Below, in pieces: positions 19,326-28,032 of a DNA stretch of 64,000 nt. The notes below the pieces were generated by a model. It ran no database searches, was not told where the DNA came from, and saw only the letters and a program-made list of their open reading frames with translations. Position 1 is the stretch's first letter. Every line of letters begins with the position of its first letter. The position numbers and the translations under genes are program-made. The DNA comes from a bacterium (GTDB taxonomy: Bacteria; Sysuimicrobiota; Sysuimicrobiia; Sysuimicrobiales; Segetimicrobiaceae), in the NCBI GenBank assembly GCA_035308905.1, contig DATGFS010000048.1:17437-81436 (forward strand). The letters are read 5' to 3'.

Positions 19326-19535
19326 ATGAAGTCGTTCCGCAAGGCGTTCGGGTTCGTTCTGGCAGCGGCACTGGTGGCAGGGGGGGCGGGGTTCGCGGCC
19401 AAGCCCGCGATGCTTCCCGTCGAGCACGACCGCAGCACGGCGCTCATCGTCGAACACGACCACAACAACGCGCTGATCGTCGAGCACGACCGCAGCATGG
19501 CGCTGATCGTCGAGCACGACCACAACAACGCCTGA
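19326..19535 (+). CDS. Small secreted repeat peptide (signal peptide plus 4x VEHD units)
   Basis: GGAGGAG SD; basic N-terminus and hydrophobic stretch; mature part VEHDRSTALI-VEHDHNNALI-VEHDRSMALI-VEHDHNNA. Confidence 0.75.
   Translation: MKSFRKAFGFVLAAALVAGGAGFAAKPAMLPVEHDRSTALIVEHDHNNALIVEHDRSMALIVEHDHNNA
19419..19532 (+). repeat. 30-nt tandem repeat x3.8 in alternating A/B units (60-nt superunit x2), in frame
   Basis: gtcgagcacgac cgcagca(c/t)g gcgct(c/g)atc alternates with gtcga(a/g)cacgac cacaacaac gc... Confidence 0.95.
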
Positions 19536-19550
19536 TCATCCTGAGGCCCG

Positions 19551-19592
19551 CGACGGCCCTCCCAGTCTCCCCCTCCCCCGGGAGGGCCGTCG
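19551..19592 (+). terminator. 13-bp inverted repeat downstream of the peptide gene
   Basis: CGACGGCCCTCCC (19551-19563) and GGGAGGGCCGTCG (19580-19592); no clear U-tract. Confidence 0.5.
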
Positions 19593-19679
19593 GCGCCTCG
19601 GGCCTGCCGCGGCCGCGCCGCGGCGTTCCGGACCTCTCGGCCGGAGGAATCTCTCCCGCGGTTTTGGAACGAGCCTGGC

Positions 19680-20351
19680 GTGCGTGATGGATATGCGGGG
19701 CCCGGGTCCGCCCTGCGGCCGTCCGATGCGGACGCGGGGATGGTCGCGCGCCTCCGCGCCGGGGACGAGGCGGCGTTTCTGAGCCTCGTCGAACGCCACG
19801 GGCCGGCGATGCTGCGGTTGGCCTCGATGCATCTCTCCCGGGCGGTGGCGGAGGAGGTCGTGCAGGATGCTTGGGTCGGCGTGCTGCAGGGCATCGGCCG
19901 GTTCGAGCAGCGCAGCGCGCTCAAGACCTGGATTTTCACGATCCTGATGAACCGCGTGCGGACGCAGGCGCAGCGGGAAGGGCGCAGTCTTCCATTCTCC
20001 GCCCTCGACGGCGCGGAGGGCGGCGCCGAGTCCGCGGTGCCGGCCGATCGGTTTCTTCCGGCGGATCATCCGCAGTGGCCGCATCACTGGGCCGCGCCGC
20101 CGAAGGACTGGGGCGGTTCTCCCGAAGATCGGCTGCTGTCGGCGGAGGTCCGGACGGAGATTCAGCGCGCCATCGACGCGTTGCCGCCGGGCCAGCGCGA
20201 AGTGATTACGCTGTGTGACGTCGAGGAGTGGTCCGCGGAGGAGGCGTCCGAATTGCTTGGGATCACGCCAGGCAACCAACGCGTGCTGCTCCACCGCGCC
20301 AGGTCGAAAGTCCGGCGCGCGCTCGAGCGATATTTCGAGGAGGTCGAGTGA
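19680..20351 (+). CDS. ECF RNA polymerase sigma factor
   Basis: GDEAAF..LV, AEEVVQDAW, KTWIFTILMNR, IDALPPGQREVITLCD.E, NQRVLLHRAR; exact start uncertain. Confidence 0.92.
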   Translation: MRDGYAGPGSALRPSDADAGMVARLRAGDEAAFLSLVERHGPAMLRLASMHLSRAVAEEVVQDAWVGVLQGIGRFEQRSALKTWIFTILMNRVRTQAQREGRSLPFSALDGAEGGAESAVPADRFLPADHPQWPHHWAAPPKDWGGSPEDRLLSAEVRTEIQRAIDALPPGQREVITLCDVEEWSAEEASELLGITPGNQRVLLHRARSKVRRALERYFEEVE

Positions 20352-20608
20352 TGGCGGCTTCAAACGAGATGAGCTGCCAGGAACTGGTCGAGCTGGTCAC
20401 CGACTATCTGGAGGCCGCGCTGCCGGCGGGGGACCGCCGACGATTTGAGGAGCATCTCACGGAGTGCCCGCCCTGCCGGGCGTATCTGGAGCAGATGCGC
20501 CACACGATCGGCGCGCTCGGCAGACTGCCGCGCGAATCGATCTCCGACGACGCCAAACGCGGCCTGCTCGACGTGTTTCGCGACTGGAAGAAGCGCACGC
20601 CGACGTAG
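20351..20608 (+). CDS. Soluble zinc-finger (zf-HC2/ZAS) anti-sigma factor
   Basis: TGATG overlap; SCQELVELVTDYLE...EHLTECPPC (HxxxCxxC). Confidence 0.9.
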   Translation: MAASNEMSCQELVELVTDYLEAALPAGDRRRFEEHLTECPPCRAYLEQMRHTIGALGRLPRESISDDAKRGLLDVFRDWKKRTPT

Positions 20609-20660
20609 CCCGCTCCGTAGAGGACCGGGCCCGCGCGGCTGCGAACACCCGATCCTGCCC

Positions 20661-21644
20661 ATGCCCAAGCCGCGCATTTATCTCACCCAGCCGATTCCCG
20701 ACGGGGCGCTGGCGCGTCTCCGGGGCCTGGGGCCGGTCGACATGTACGACGACCCGCTCACGATCGCGCCCCGCGACCGGCTGCTGGCGGGCGTGCGCGA
20801 GGCCGACATCCTCTTCTGTCTCCTCCACGATCGCATCGACGCCGAGATCATGGACGCCGGTGGGCGGTTGCGCCTCGTCGCCTGTATGGCGATCATTCCC
20901 GCAAACATCGATCTGGCGGCGGCGACCGCGCGCGGGATCCCGGTCACCGTGATTCCGCCGCTCGTGACCGAGGCGACCGCCGACGTCAACATGGCGCTGC
21001 TCCTCGCCGTGGCGAGGCGGATCGTCGAGGGTGACCGGCTGCTGCGGGCGGGCGTCTTTCCCGGCTCGCAGTCGATGCATCTCGTCGGCGGCACGGTACA
21101 CGGCAAGACGCTCGGCATCGTGGGGCTCGGCGCGATCGGACGCGAGGTGGCGAAGCGCGCGCGGGGCTTCGGGATGCGGGTGCTGTACTTGAAGCGCCGG
21201 CGGCTGCCGGAGGCGGAGGAGCGCGCACTCGGCATCGAGTGGGCGCCGCTCGACGACCTGCTGCGAGAGGCGGATTTCGTATCGGTGAACGCGCTCTTCA
21301 CGCCGGAGACGCGGCACCTCATCGGCGAGCGCGAACTCGGCCTCATGAAGCCGACGGCGTACATCGTCAATACCTCGCGTGGCCCGCTTATCGATGAAGC
21401 GGCCCTCGCGCGCGCCCTGCGGGAGCGCCGAATCGCCGGCGCCGGCCTCGACGTGTACGAGGACGAGCCGCGGGTCACCCCGGAATTGATCGACCTGCCG
21501 AACGTGGTGCTGACGCCCCACGTCGGCAGCGCCGACCGCGAGACCCGCGAGCGGATCGCCGGCGTCGTCGTCGACAACATCGAGGTGTGGCTGCGCGGGG
21601 ACCGCCCGCCGAACGTCGCCAACCCCGAGGTCTACGCGCGGTGA
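20661..21644 (+). CDS. D-2-hydroxyacid dehydrogenase (glyoxylate/hydroxypyruvate reductase-like)
   Basis: GIVGLGAIG, NTSRG, LDVYEDEP, TPHVGSA. Confidence 0.92.
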   Translation: MPKPRIYLTQPIPDGALARLRGLGPVDMYDDPLTIAPRDRLLAGVREADILFCLLHDRIDAEIMDAGGRLRLVACMAIIPANIDLAAATARGIPVTVIPPLVTEATADVNMALLLAVARRIVEGDRLLRAGVFPGSQSMHLVGGTVHGKTLGIVGLGAIGREVAKRARGFGMRVLYLKRRRLPEAEERALGIEWAPLDDLLREADFVSVNALFTPETRHLIGERELGLMKPTAYIVNTSRGPLIDEAALARALRERRIAGAGLDVYEDEPRVTPELIDLPNVVLTPHVGSADRETRERIAGVVVDNIEVWLRGDRPPNVANPEVYAR

Positions 21645-21675
21645 GCGCGCGCCGGCGGCCGCGCGAGGTGGGCGC

Positions 21676-23334
21676 ATGCTGACGGTCAGAGAGGCGCTGG
21701 AGCTCGACGTGCTGCGCGACGTGAAGATCGTCGCCGGTCGTGAGGGCCTCGGCCGGCGGATCCGCTGGTGCCACATCATCGACAATCCCGAGATCGTCCG
21801 CTGGATCCAGGGGGGCGAGCTCCTGCTCACGACCGGCTACGGCTGGCCGGAGACGGAGCAGACGAGCCGCCGGACCATCCGGGCGCTCAACGGCAAGGGG
21901 CTGGCGGCGATTCTCTTCGATCCCGGGCCGTTCCTGGGAGAGATTCCGGTCAACGTCGTCGACGAGGCGGGGCGCCTCGAGCTGCCGGTGCTTGTCGCGC
22001 CGCGGAAGCTGCGGTTCGCCGACGTGACCGAGGCGGTCGGCCGCGAGCTGAGCCGGCGGCAGTACGCGATCATCGAGCGCGCCGACCGGTATCACCGCCA
22101 GATCACCGCCGCGGCCGTGGAGGCGCGCGACCTCAACGACATCGCCCGCACGGTCTGCGGCCTGACGCGCCGGTCCGTGACCATTGAAGACGCGGAGTTC
22201 CGGCCGCTCGCGCGGGCGGACCCGCCGGGGGCGGACTCGCCCGCAACGATGAAATTGCAGCGGGCGGACCCCCCGTCCCCGCGCGACGGGGCGGAGGCGC
22301 GGGCGCTGCGCGAACGGCTCCGGGAGGCCGACGGCGCCGTGCGCCAGGACGGCCGCGTAGCGTGCGCGATCAGGGCGGGCACCGAGCTGCTCGGCTACCT
22401 GTGGATCCTCGAAGGCGACGCGCCCCTCGGCGATCTCGAGCTGCGCGTGGCCGAGCACGGCTCGATGGTCGCGGCGCTGCACATCCTGCGCCAGCGTTCG
22501 CAGGCCGCGGTCGAAGCGAGAATCGGCCACACCGTCGTCGACGCGCTGATTCGCGGCGACGTTCCGGAGGAGGACCTGATCGAGCGGGCGCGTCTGCTCG
22601 GGTTCGACCCGGACGGCGATTACGTGGTCATGATGGTGTCGCTCATGGACCGCGCCGCCCGGGGCCGCAAGTGGCCGCTGACCAGCCGCGACGAGTATTA
22701 TCGGCGCGAGCACGCCGCGCAGGTGCTGCGCCGGCTGCTGGCACAGGACCGGCTTCCGATTCTGTGCACGTACTCGCTCAACCGGATCGTCTGTCTCCTG
22801 TCGGTGAATCGGATGCCGGATGCGCCCGAGTGGCCGCGCCAGTTCGCGCGACGGCTGCACGAGCATCTGGCCGGCGCGGACGGCCTCCCGCCGGTGCTCG
22901 TCACCTTCGGCACCGCGCACGCCGGGCTGTCGGGCGTGTCCAAGGGGTATTGGGAGGCCGACCGGGCGCTCGCCCTCGCCAAGGACTCGGACCGCGTCCT
23001 GTTCTTTGAGGACCTGACACTCGCCCATCTGCTCGCCCAGATCTCGGACACGGACTCGCTGCAGGCGATGTACGCGCGGACGCTCGGGCCGGTGCTCGCC
23101 GGCCCGGGGGGCCGCGTGCTCCGAGAGACGCTGTGGGCGCTCGTCGACGCCGGGTTCAACAAGGAGACCGCGGCGGCGGCGCTCGGCATCCACCGCAACA
23201 CGATGCGCGGACGGCTGGAGCGGGTGCAGGCGCTGCTCTGCCGGCCGCTCGGCGACCCCGACGTTCGCCGCGACCTCGCGGTCATCAAGGAGATCGAACA
23301 TCTCCTGGTCCCCGAACCGCGCCTGACGATCTGA
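21676..23334 (+). CDS. PucR/CdaR family transcriptional regulator
   Basis: N-terminal PucR ligand domain (VAGREGL.R.IRW.H, GGELLLTTG); C-terminal HTH (TAAAALGIHRNTMR.RL). Confidence 0.92.
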   Translation: MLTVREALELDVLRDVKIVAGREGLGRRIRWCHIIDNPEIVRWIQGGELLLTTGYGWPETEQTSRRTIRALNGKGLAAILFDPGPFLGEIPVNVVDEAGRLELPVLVAPRKLRFADVTEAVGRELSRRQYAIIERADRYHRQITAAAVEARDLNDIARTVCGLTRRSVTIEDAEFRPLARADPPGADSPATMKLQRADPPSPRDGAEARALRERLREADGAVRQDGRVACAIRAGTELLGYLWILEGDAPLGDLELRVAEHGSMVAALHILRQRSQAAVEARIGHTVVDALIRGDVPEEDLIERARLLGFDPDGDYVVMMVSLMDRAARGRKWPLTSRDEYYRREHAAQVLRRLLAQDRLPILCTYSLNRIVCLLSVNRMPDAPEWPRQFARRLHEHLAGADGLPPVLVTFGTAHAGLSGVSKGYWEADRALALAKDSDRVLFFEDLTLAHLLAQISDTDSLQAMYARTLGPVLAGPGGRVLRETLWALVDAGFNKETAAAALGIHRNTMRGRLERVQALLCRPLGDPDVRRDLAVIKEIEHLLVPEPRLTI

Positions 23335-23351
23335 GCGCGCCGCCCGGCGGC

Positions 23352-23397
23352 TGTGCGCCACGCACATTCTCCGCCCGCAGATGGTGCACTAAGCACC
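23352..23397. promoter_or_regulatory. Two GTGC-N5-GCAC inverted repeats 31 bp apart; candidate PucR operator
   Basis: TGTGC-gccac-GCACA (23352-23366) and GGTGC-actaa-GCACC (23383-23397), between pucR and the LVIVD operon. Confidence 0.6.
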
Positions 23398-23456
23398 TTG
23401 AATCTCCCATCTTGCCCTGGCATGCTCAACAACACATCCCGTCCGCGGTCGGTGAC

Positions 23457-24596
23457 ATGGTGCGAAGCGCCCGGCAGCTCGTCGCGAGGTTCGAGCCGGT
23501 GGGGCATCTCGCGTTGCCCGGTGGGGGACAGATCGTGGTCGACGGCGCCTACGCGTATGTCGGCCATATGGCGCCGCCCCACGGCACCTCGATCCTTGAC
23601 GTGGCGGACCCGGCGAATCCCCGCGTGCTCGCGCGGCTGACGGTTCCGGACGATATTCACTCGCACAAGGTGCGCGTCGCGGGCGATGTCATGCTGGTGA
23701 ACTACGAGCGGTACCCCGAGGGCGATCTCAGCCGCACGCCCGACGTGGGCCTCAAGATTTTCGACATCGCGGACCGCCGCCGGCCCCGTGAGATCGCGTT
23801 CTTCCGCACCGCCGGCCGCGGCGTCCATCGTTTCGATCTCCAAGGGACGCACGCGTTTCTTTCCACCGAGTGGCCGGGGTTCCGGTCCAACATCCTGCTG
23901 ATCCTGGACGTGGCGGATCCCGCGCGGCCCGCCGTCGCCGGCCGGTGGTCGTTCGCCGGCCAGGAGGCCTCGGCGTCCCCGGAACCGCTGCCGGTCGACC
24001 ATTGGGTCCATCTCGCGCTGGCGCGCGGGAACCGCGCGTATGCCGCGTGCGGCCACGCGGGCGTCATGATCGTGGACATCTCCGACGTGAGCAGACCGCG
24101 CACGGTGAGCGCCGTGGCGTGGGATCCGCCGTACGTGAACCCGACGCACACGTTTCTGCCCGTGCCGCACCTCATCCGGGGCCGCCGCTTCGCCGTCGTG
24201 ACCGACGAGGACGTCACCGACGACGTGCTCGAGGACCCGCCGGCGTTCATGTGGGTGCTCGACATCACGGAGGAGACCCGGTCGGTGCCGGTGGCCACGT
24301 ATCAGGTGGAGCCGGACGGGCTCGTGGTGCCGGGGCAGCGCTTCGGCGCGCATCAGCCCTGGGAGCACATCCGCGAGGACAACATCGTGTTCCTCGCGTG
24401 GTTCAGCGGCGGCGTCCGCGCGGTGGACATCTCCGATCCGTACCGCCCGCGCGAAGCGGCGGCCTACGTGCCGCCCGCGGGGGCGGGCCGGCCGGCCGCG
24501 CAGACCAACGACATCTTCGTCGACCGGCGCGGGTTCGTCTACGCGATCGACCGGTACGAGGGCCTGAGCGTGCTCGAGTTTCGACGCAGCGACTAG
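23457..24596 (+). CDS. LVIVD-repeat beta-propeller protein (copy 1)
   Basis: Repeated ILDVADP.NP, IFDIAD, IVDISD, AVDISDP blades; no signal peptide. Confidence 0.85.
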   Translation: MVRSARQLVARFEPVGHLALPGGGQIVVDGAYAYVGHMAPPHGTSILDVADPANPRVLARLTVPDDIHSHKVRVAGDVMLVNYERYPEGDLSRTPDVGLKIFDIADRRRPREIAFFRTAGRGVHRFDLQGTHAFLSTEWPGFRSNILLILDVADPARPAVAGRWSFAGQEASASPEPLPVDHWVHLALARGNRAYAACGHAGVMIVDISDVSRPRTVSAVAWDPPYVNPTHTFLPVPHLIRGRRFAVVTDEDVTDDVLEDPPAFMWVLDITEETRSVPVATYQVEPDGLVVPGQRFGAHQPWEHIREDNIVFLAWFSGGVRAVDISDPYRPREAAAYVPPAGAGRPAAQTNDIFVDRRGFVYAIDRYEGLSVLEFRRSD

Positions 24597-24661
24597 GAGG
24601 GCGGCGGGGAGAGCGACCGGCAAGGGACTTGCATCCAACGCGTGATGAGGAGGGGGACCTG

Positions 24662-25978
24662 ATGATGCGTTGCGGCCGTCTCGTGGCTGGAGTGATCGCA
24701 GTACTGGCGATGTGCCTTGGAGCGGGAATGCCCCGCGGGGCCGGGGTGCCGGCGGCGACCGCCGCGGCCGGCGGGTGGGTGCTGCCGGCCGGGCCGGTAA
24801 CGCTCAACGAATGGGACGGCGGCGACGGCACCAAGTCGGCGCTGCTGCGTCAGCTGATCGCGGACTACGAGAAGCTACACACGAACGTCAAAGTCAACTT
24901 CGAGACCGACGTCAAGTCCCTGAAGGTCGCCGCGGCGATCGCCTCGGGCACGGCGCCGGAGATCTTCGAAGCCTCCGACGCGAACCTCCAGAAGTACATC
25001 GTGGCCAAGGCGGTGGAGCCGCTGCCGCCCGCCGCGTGGGGCCAGCCGAACGTGGACGGCGTGCTGGCGCTGTATTTGCCGCACGTGCTGGATGCCGTCA
25101 CCGCCGGCCACAGCCTCTACGCGGTGCCGGACCAGCTGAACGCCCACAGCCTCTACATTAACAACCGGATGTTCCGCGCCGCGGGCCTCGATCCGGTGAA
25201 GGACGCGCCGAAGACCTGGGACGACGTCGCGCGCCTCGACAAGGTCCTGACCAAGAAGCAGGGCGACCGGATCACCCAGAAGGGGTTCGAGTTCCGCTAC
25301 ATCTGCGACGACGGCCACTGGCAGGCGCACATCTTCCACATCCTGACGTACCAGGCCGGCGGCGACGTGATCAAGGACGGCAAGCCGGTCTTCAACAGCG
25401 AGGCCGGCCTCACGGCGCTCCGGGTCTGGAAGAGCCTCGTCGTCGCGCCGGGCGTCACGCAGAACACGTGCTCGTCTCCGTATCAGGACTTCGCGGTGGA
25501 GCAGGACGCGATGACGTTCGCCGGCCCGCACGTCGGCAAGATCGTCGAGCAGATCAACCCGGCGATGAAGGGCAACTACACGGTCGTGCCGCTGCCGCAG
25601 CTGCACCCCGACCACCCGGTCACCCTCATCTACTCGTTCAACTGGAGCGTGAACGCGCGCGCCTCCTCCGATCAGAAGCGCGTCGCCTGGGACCTGATCC
25701 ACTTCATGAGCGCCCGGCCGGAGTTGTGGTGGTCCCGGATCCAGTTCCTGCAGGGGACCAAGGGCTGGCTCGGCATGCCGGTGGCCCGGAACACGCCGTT
25801 CATGTCGGCGTATACCCACGACCTCTCGGTCGGCCGGCCGCTCGGCCGCACCACGTACTATGCGGACTTGCAGACCATCATCGCGCGCATGGTCGACAAG
25901 GTCGTGCTGAAGGACGTGGATCCGAAGTCGGCGCTCGCCGAGGCGTCGGACGAGTTCATCCGCGCGTCGGCCAAGTAG
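24662..25978 (+). CDS. CUT1-family ABC transporter substrate-binding protein
   Basis: Signal peptide; YAVP......LYINNRMF..AGLD....PKTWDD. Confidence 0.9.
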   Translation: MMRCGRLVAGVIAVLAMCLGAGMPRGAGVPAATAAAGGWVLPAGPVTLNEWDGGDGTKSALLRQLIADYEKLHTNVKVNFETDVKSLKVAAAIASGTAPEIFEASDANLQKYIVAKAVEPLPPAAWGQPNVDGVLALYLPHVLDAVTAGHSLYAVPDQLNAHSLYINNRMFRAAGLDPVKDAPKTWDDVARLDKVLTKKQGDRITQKGFEFRYICDDGHWQAHIFHILTYQAGGDVIKDGKPVFNSEAGLTALRVWKSLVVAPGVTQNTCSSPYQDFAVEQDAMTFAGPHVGKIVEQINPAMKGNYTVVPLPQLHPDHPVTLIYSFNWSVNARASSDQKRVAWDLIHFMSARPELWWSRIQFLQGTKGWLGMPVARNTPFMSAYTHDLSVGRPLGRTTYYADLQTIIARMVDKVVLKDVDPKSALAEASDEFIRASAK

Positions 25979-26046
25979 GCCATGGAATCGCAACAAGCGA
26001 GCTCGGCGGCATCGCCGCGCGCGCGCGGGTCCGCGATCCCAAGAGG

Positions 26047-27060
26047 ATGACGCCGCGAACGATCGACACGCACTTTCACGTCGTCCCGCCGGAGTTCTAC
26101 GAGGCGGTGCGGCGCGGGGCGTTCCGCCAGTCGGTGGAGATCGAACGGCGGGGCGGCGCGGAGCACATGGTGTACCACGCGCCGCCCGGCGTGGTGCTGG
26201 AGCCGGGCAATGAGATCGACACGCGGTGCTCCGACGTCCGCCTGATGCTCGAGGGGCTCGACCGGCGGGGACTGGACGCCGCGGCGATCGGGCCGTCGCC
26301 GGGCCAGTTCTACTACTGGGCCGATCCCGAGCTCGCGGAACAGGTCGCCCGCGTGATCAACGACGGCATCGCCGCGCTGGCCCGGGCGCACCCGGACCGG
26401 ATGTTCCCGATGGGCTCGCTGCCGATGCAGGACGGCGAGCGGGCCGCGCGCGAGCTGGAGCGCGCGGTCACGCGGCTCGGCATGCGGGCGTTTGAAATCT
26501 GCACGCACATTAACGGCGCGGACCTCGACGATCCGCGCTTTGCGCCGGTGTTCGCCGCCGCGGCGCGGCACGGGACGCCGATCTTTCTGCATCCGCAGAA
26601 CTGGGGCGAGATGCGGCGCCTGAAGGAATACCATCTCTGGAACCTGGTGGGCTTCCCGTACGAAACCGGCCTGGCCGCCGCGCGCCTCGTCGCCGGCGGC
26701 GTCTTCGAGCGGAATCCGGAGCTCAAGATCATCCTCGCGCACGGCGGCGGCTATTTCCCGTACCAGATCGGCCGCCTCGACCACGGGTACAAGGTGCGCG
26801 GAGAGCTGCACGACCGGCTGCCGAATCCGCCGAGCGCGTATCTCGGCGGCATCTACTGCGACACCTTGACCCACAACACCACGGCGCTGCGGTTCCTCGT
26901 GGAGCGGATGGGGGACGACCACGTGGTGATCGGCACCGACTACCCGTTCGACATGGGCGACGAGACGCCGGTCGAAAGCGTACGGGCGTGCCGGCTGGGC
27001 GCGGAGCGCGAGGCCAACGTCCTCGGCCGCAACATGCTGCGTCTGTTGGGGGCCGCCTAG
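26047..27060 (+). CDS. Amidohydrolase_2 family (ACMSD-like) protein, copy 1
   Basis: DTHFH, IFLHP, AHGGG, IGTDYPFD. Confidence 0.9.
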   Translation: MTPRTIDTHFHVVPPEFYEAVRRGAFRQSVEIERRGGAEHMVYHAPPGVVLEPGNEIDTRCSDVRLMLEGLDRRGLDAAAIGPSPGQFYYWADPELAEQVARVINDGIAALARAHPDRMFPMGSLPMQDGERAARELERAVTRLGMRAFEICTHINGADLDDPRFAPVFAAAARHGTPIFLHPQNWGEMRRLKEYHLWNLVGFPYETGLAAARLVAGGVFERNPELKIILAHGGGYFPYQIGRLDHGYKVRGELHDRLPNPPSAYLGGIYCDTLTHNTTALRFLVERMGDDHVVIGTDYPFDMGDETPVESVRACRLGAEREANVLGRNMLRLLGAA

Positions 27061-27063
27061 CCG

Positions 27064-28032
27064 ATGCGGGCCCTGGACGCGGGGACGACACCGGCCGGCA
27101 TGCCGGCCCGGACGGGTTCCCGCGTAATCAAAGCCCCCCGCCGGCCGCTGGCGCGGTGGCTGCGTTCCGCGGAGGCGCGGCACCAGGCCTGGGGCTATTT
27201 GTTCCTCGCGCCGATGTTTCTGCTGCTCGTCGTCTTCAAGTTCATCCCGATGTTCCAGGCGCTGTATCTCAGCCTCACCAACTACGATTTGCTGAGCCCG
27301 CCGAAATTCGTGGGCCTCAAGAACTACGGGACGCTGCTCCGGGATCCGCTGTTCCATCAATCGGTCGGCGTCACCCTGTACTACGTCTTCGGCACGTGCG
27401 TGTTCATCTGGTTTCTTTCGCTGGCCATGGCGCTCGTGTTCAACGCGCCGCTGCCCGGCAAGAACCTGCTGCGGACGGTCTATTTTCTGCCGGCGATCGT
27501 CCCGGTCGTCGTGTACGCCGTCATCTGGCAGTTCCTCTTCCATCCGTACGGCCTGCTGAACGTCGCGCTTCACGCGTTCGGCGTCCGGCCGATCATGTGG
27601 CTCACGGACAGCCGCGCGGTGATGCCGGGGTTCATTCTCGCGGGGCTGTGGCGGTTCGTGCCGTACTTCATGATCGTCTACCTGGCCGGGCTGCAGAACA
27701 TCCCGCACGAGTACTACGAGGCCGCGGCGATCGACGGGGCGGCGGGGGGACAGGCGTTCCGGTACGTGACGCTGCCGCTGCTGCGGCCGACGGTGCTGCT
27801 CGTGGTGGTGATCTCGCTGATCTTGATGTCGAAGGTCTTCACGAACGTCCTGATCATCACCGGCGGCGGGCCGGACGGGGCGACGCGCGTGCTGTCGCTG
27901 TTCATCTACCAGACCGGCTTTCAGTTCTTCAAGATGGGTCTCGCCAGCGCGGCGTCGATGTTTCTGCTGCTCGGGACGATGATGTTCACGCTCCTGCAGC
28001 TGCGGTTCTTCCGGGAGGACGCGCGTGGATAG
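27064..28032 (+). CDS. CUT1 ABC transporter permease
   Basis: FVGLKNY; EAA loop YYEAAAIDGA; VTLPLLRP. Confidence 0.93.
   Translation: MRALDAGTTPAGMPARTGSRVIKAPRRPLARWLRSAEARHQAWGYLFLAPMFLLLVVFKFIPMFQALYLSLTNYDLLSPPKFVGLKNYGTLLRDPLFHQSVGVTLYYVFGTCVFIWFLSLAMALVFNAPLPGKNLLRTVYFLPAIVPVVVYAVIWQFLFHPYGLLNVALHAFGVRPIMWLTDSRAVMPGFILAGLWRFVPYFMIVYLAGLQNIPHEYYEAAAIDGAAGGQAFRYVTLPLLRPTVLLVVVISLILMSKVFTNVLIITGGGPDGATRVLSLFIYQTGFQFFKMGLASAASMFLLLGTMMFTLLQLRFFREDARG

Noticed and set aside
19419-19532. CRISPR array
   Set aside because: Units are contiguous with no unique spacers, are a multiple of 3 nt, lie inside an ORF, and no cas genes are present
19419-19532. VEHD as a caspase-type cleavage motif
   Set aside because: Resemblance to eukaryotic caspase tetrapeptides is probably coincidental; no caspase-like protease gene in the window
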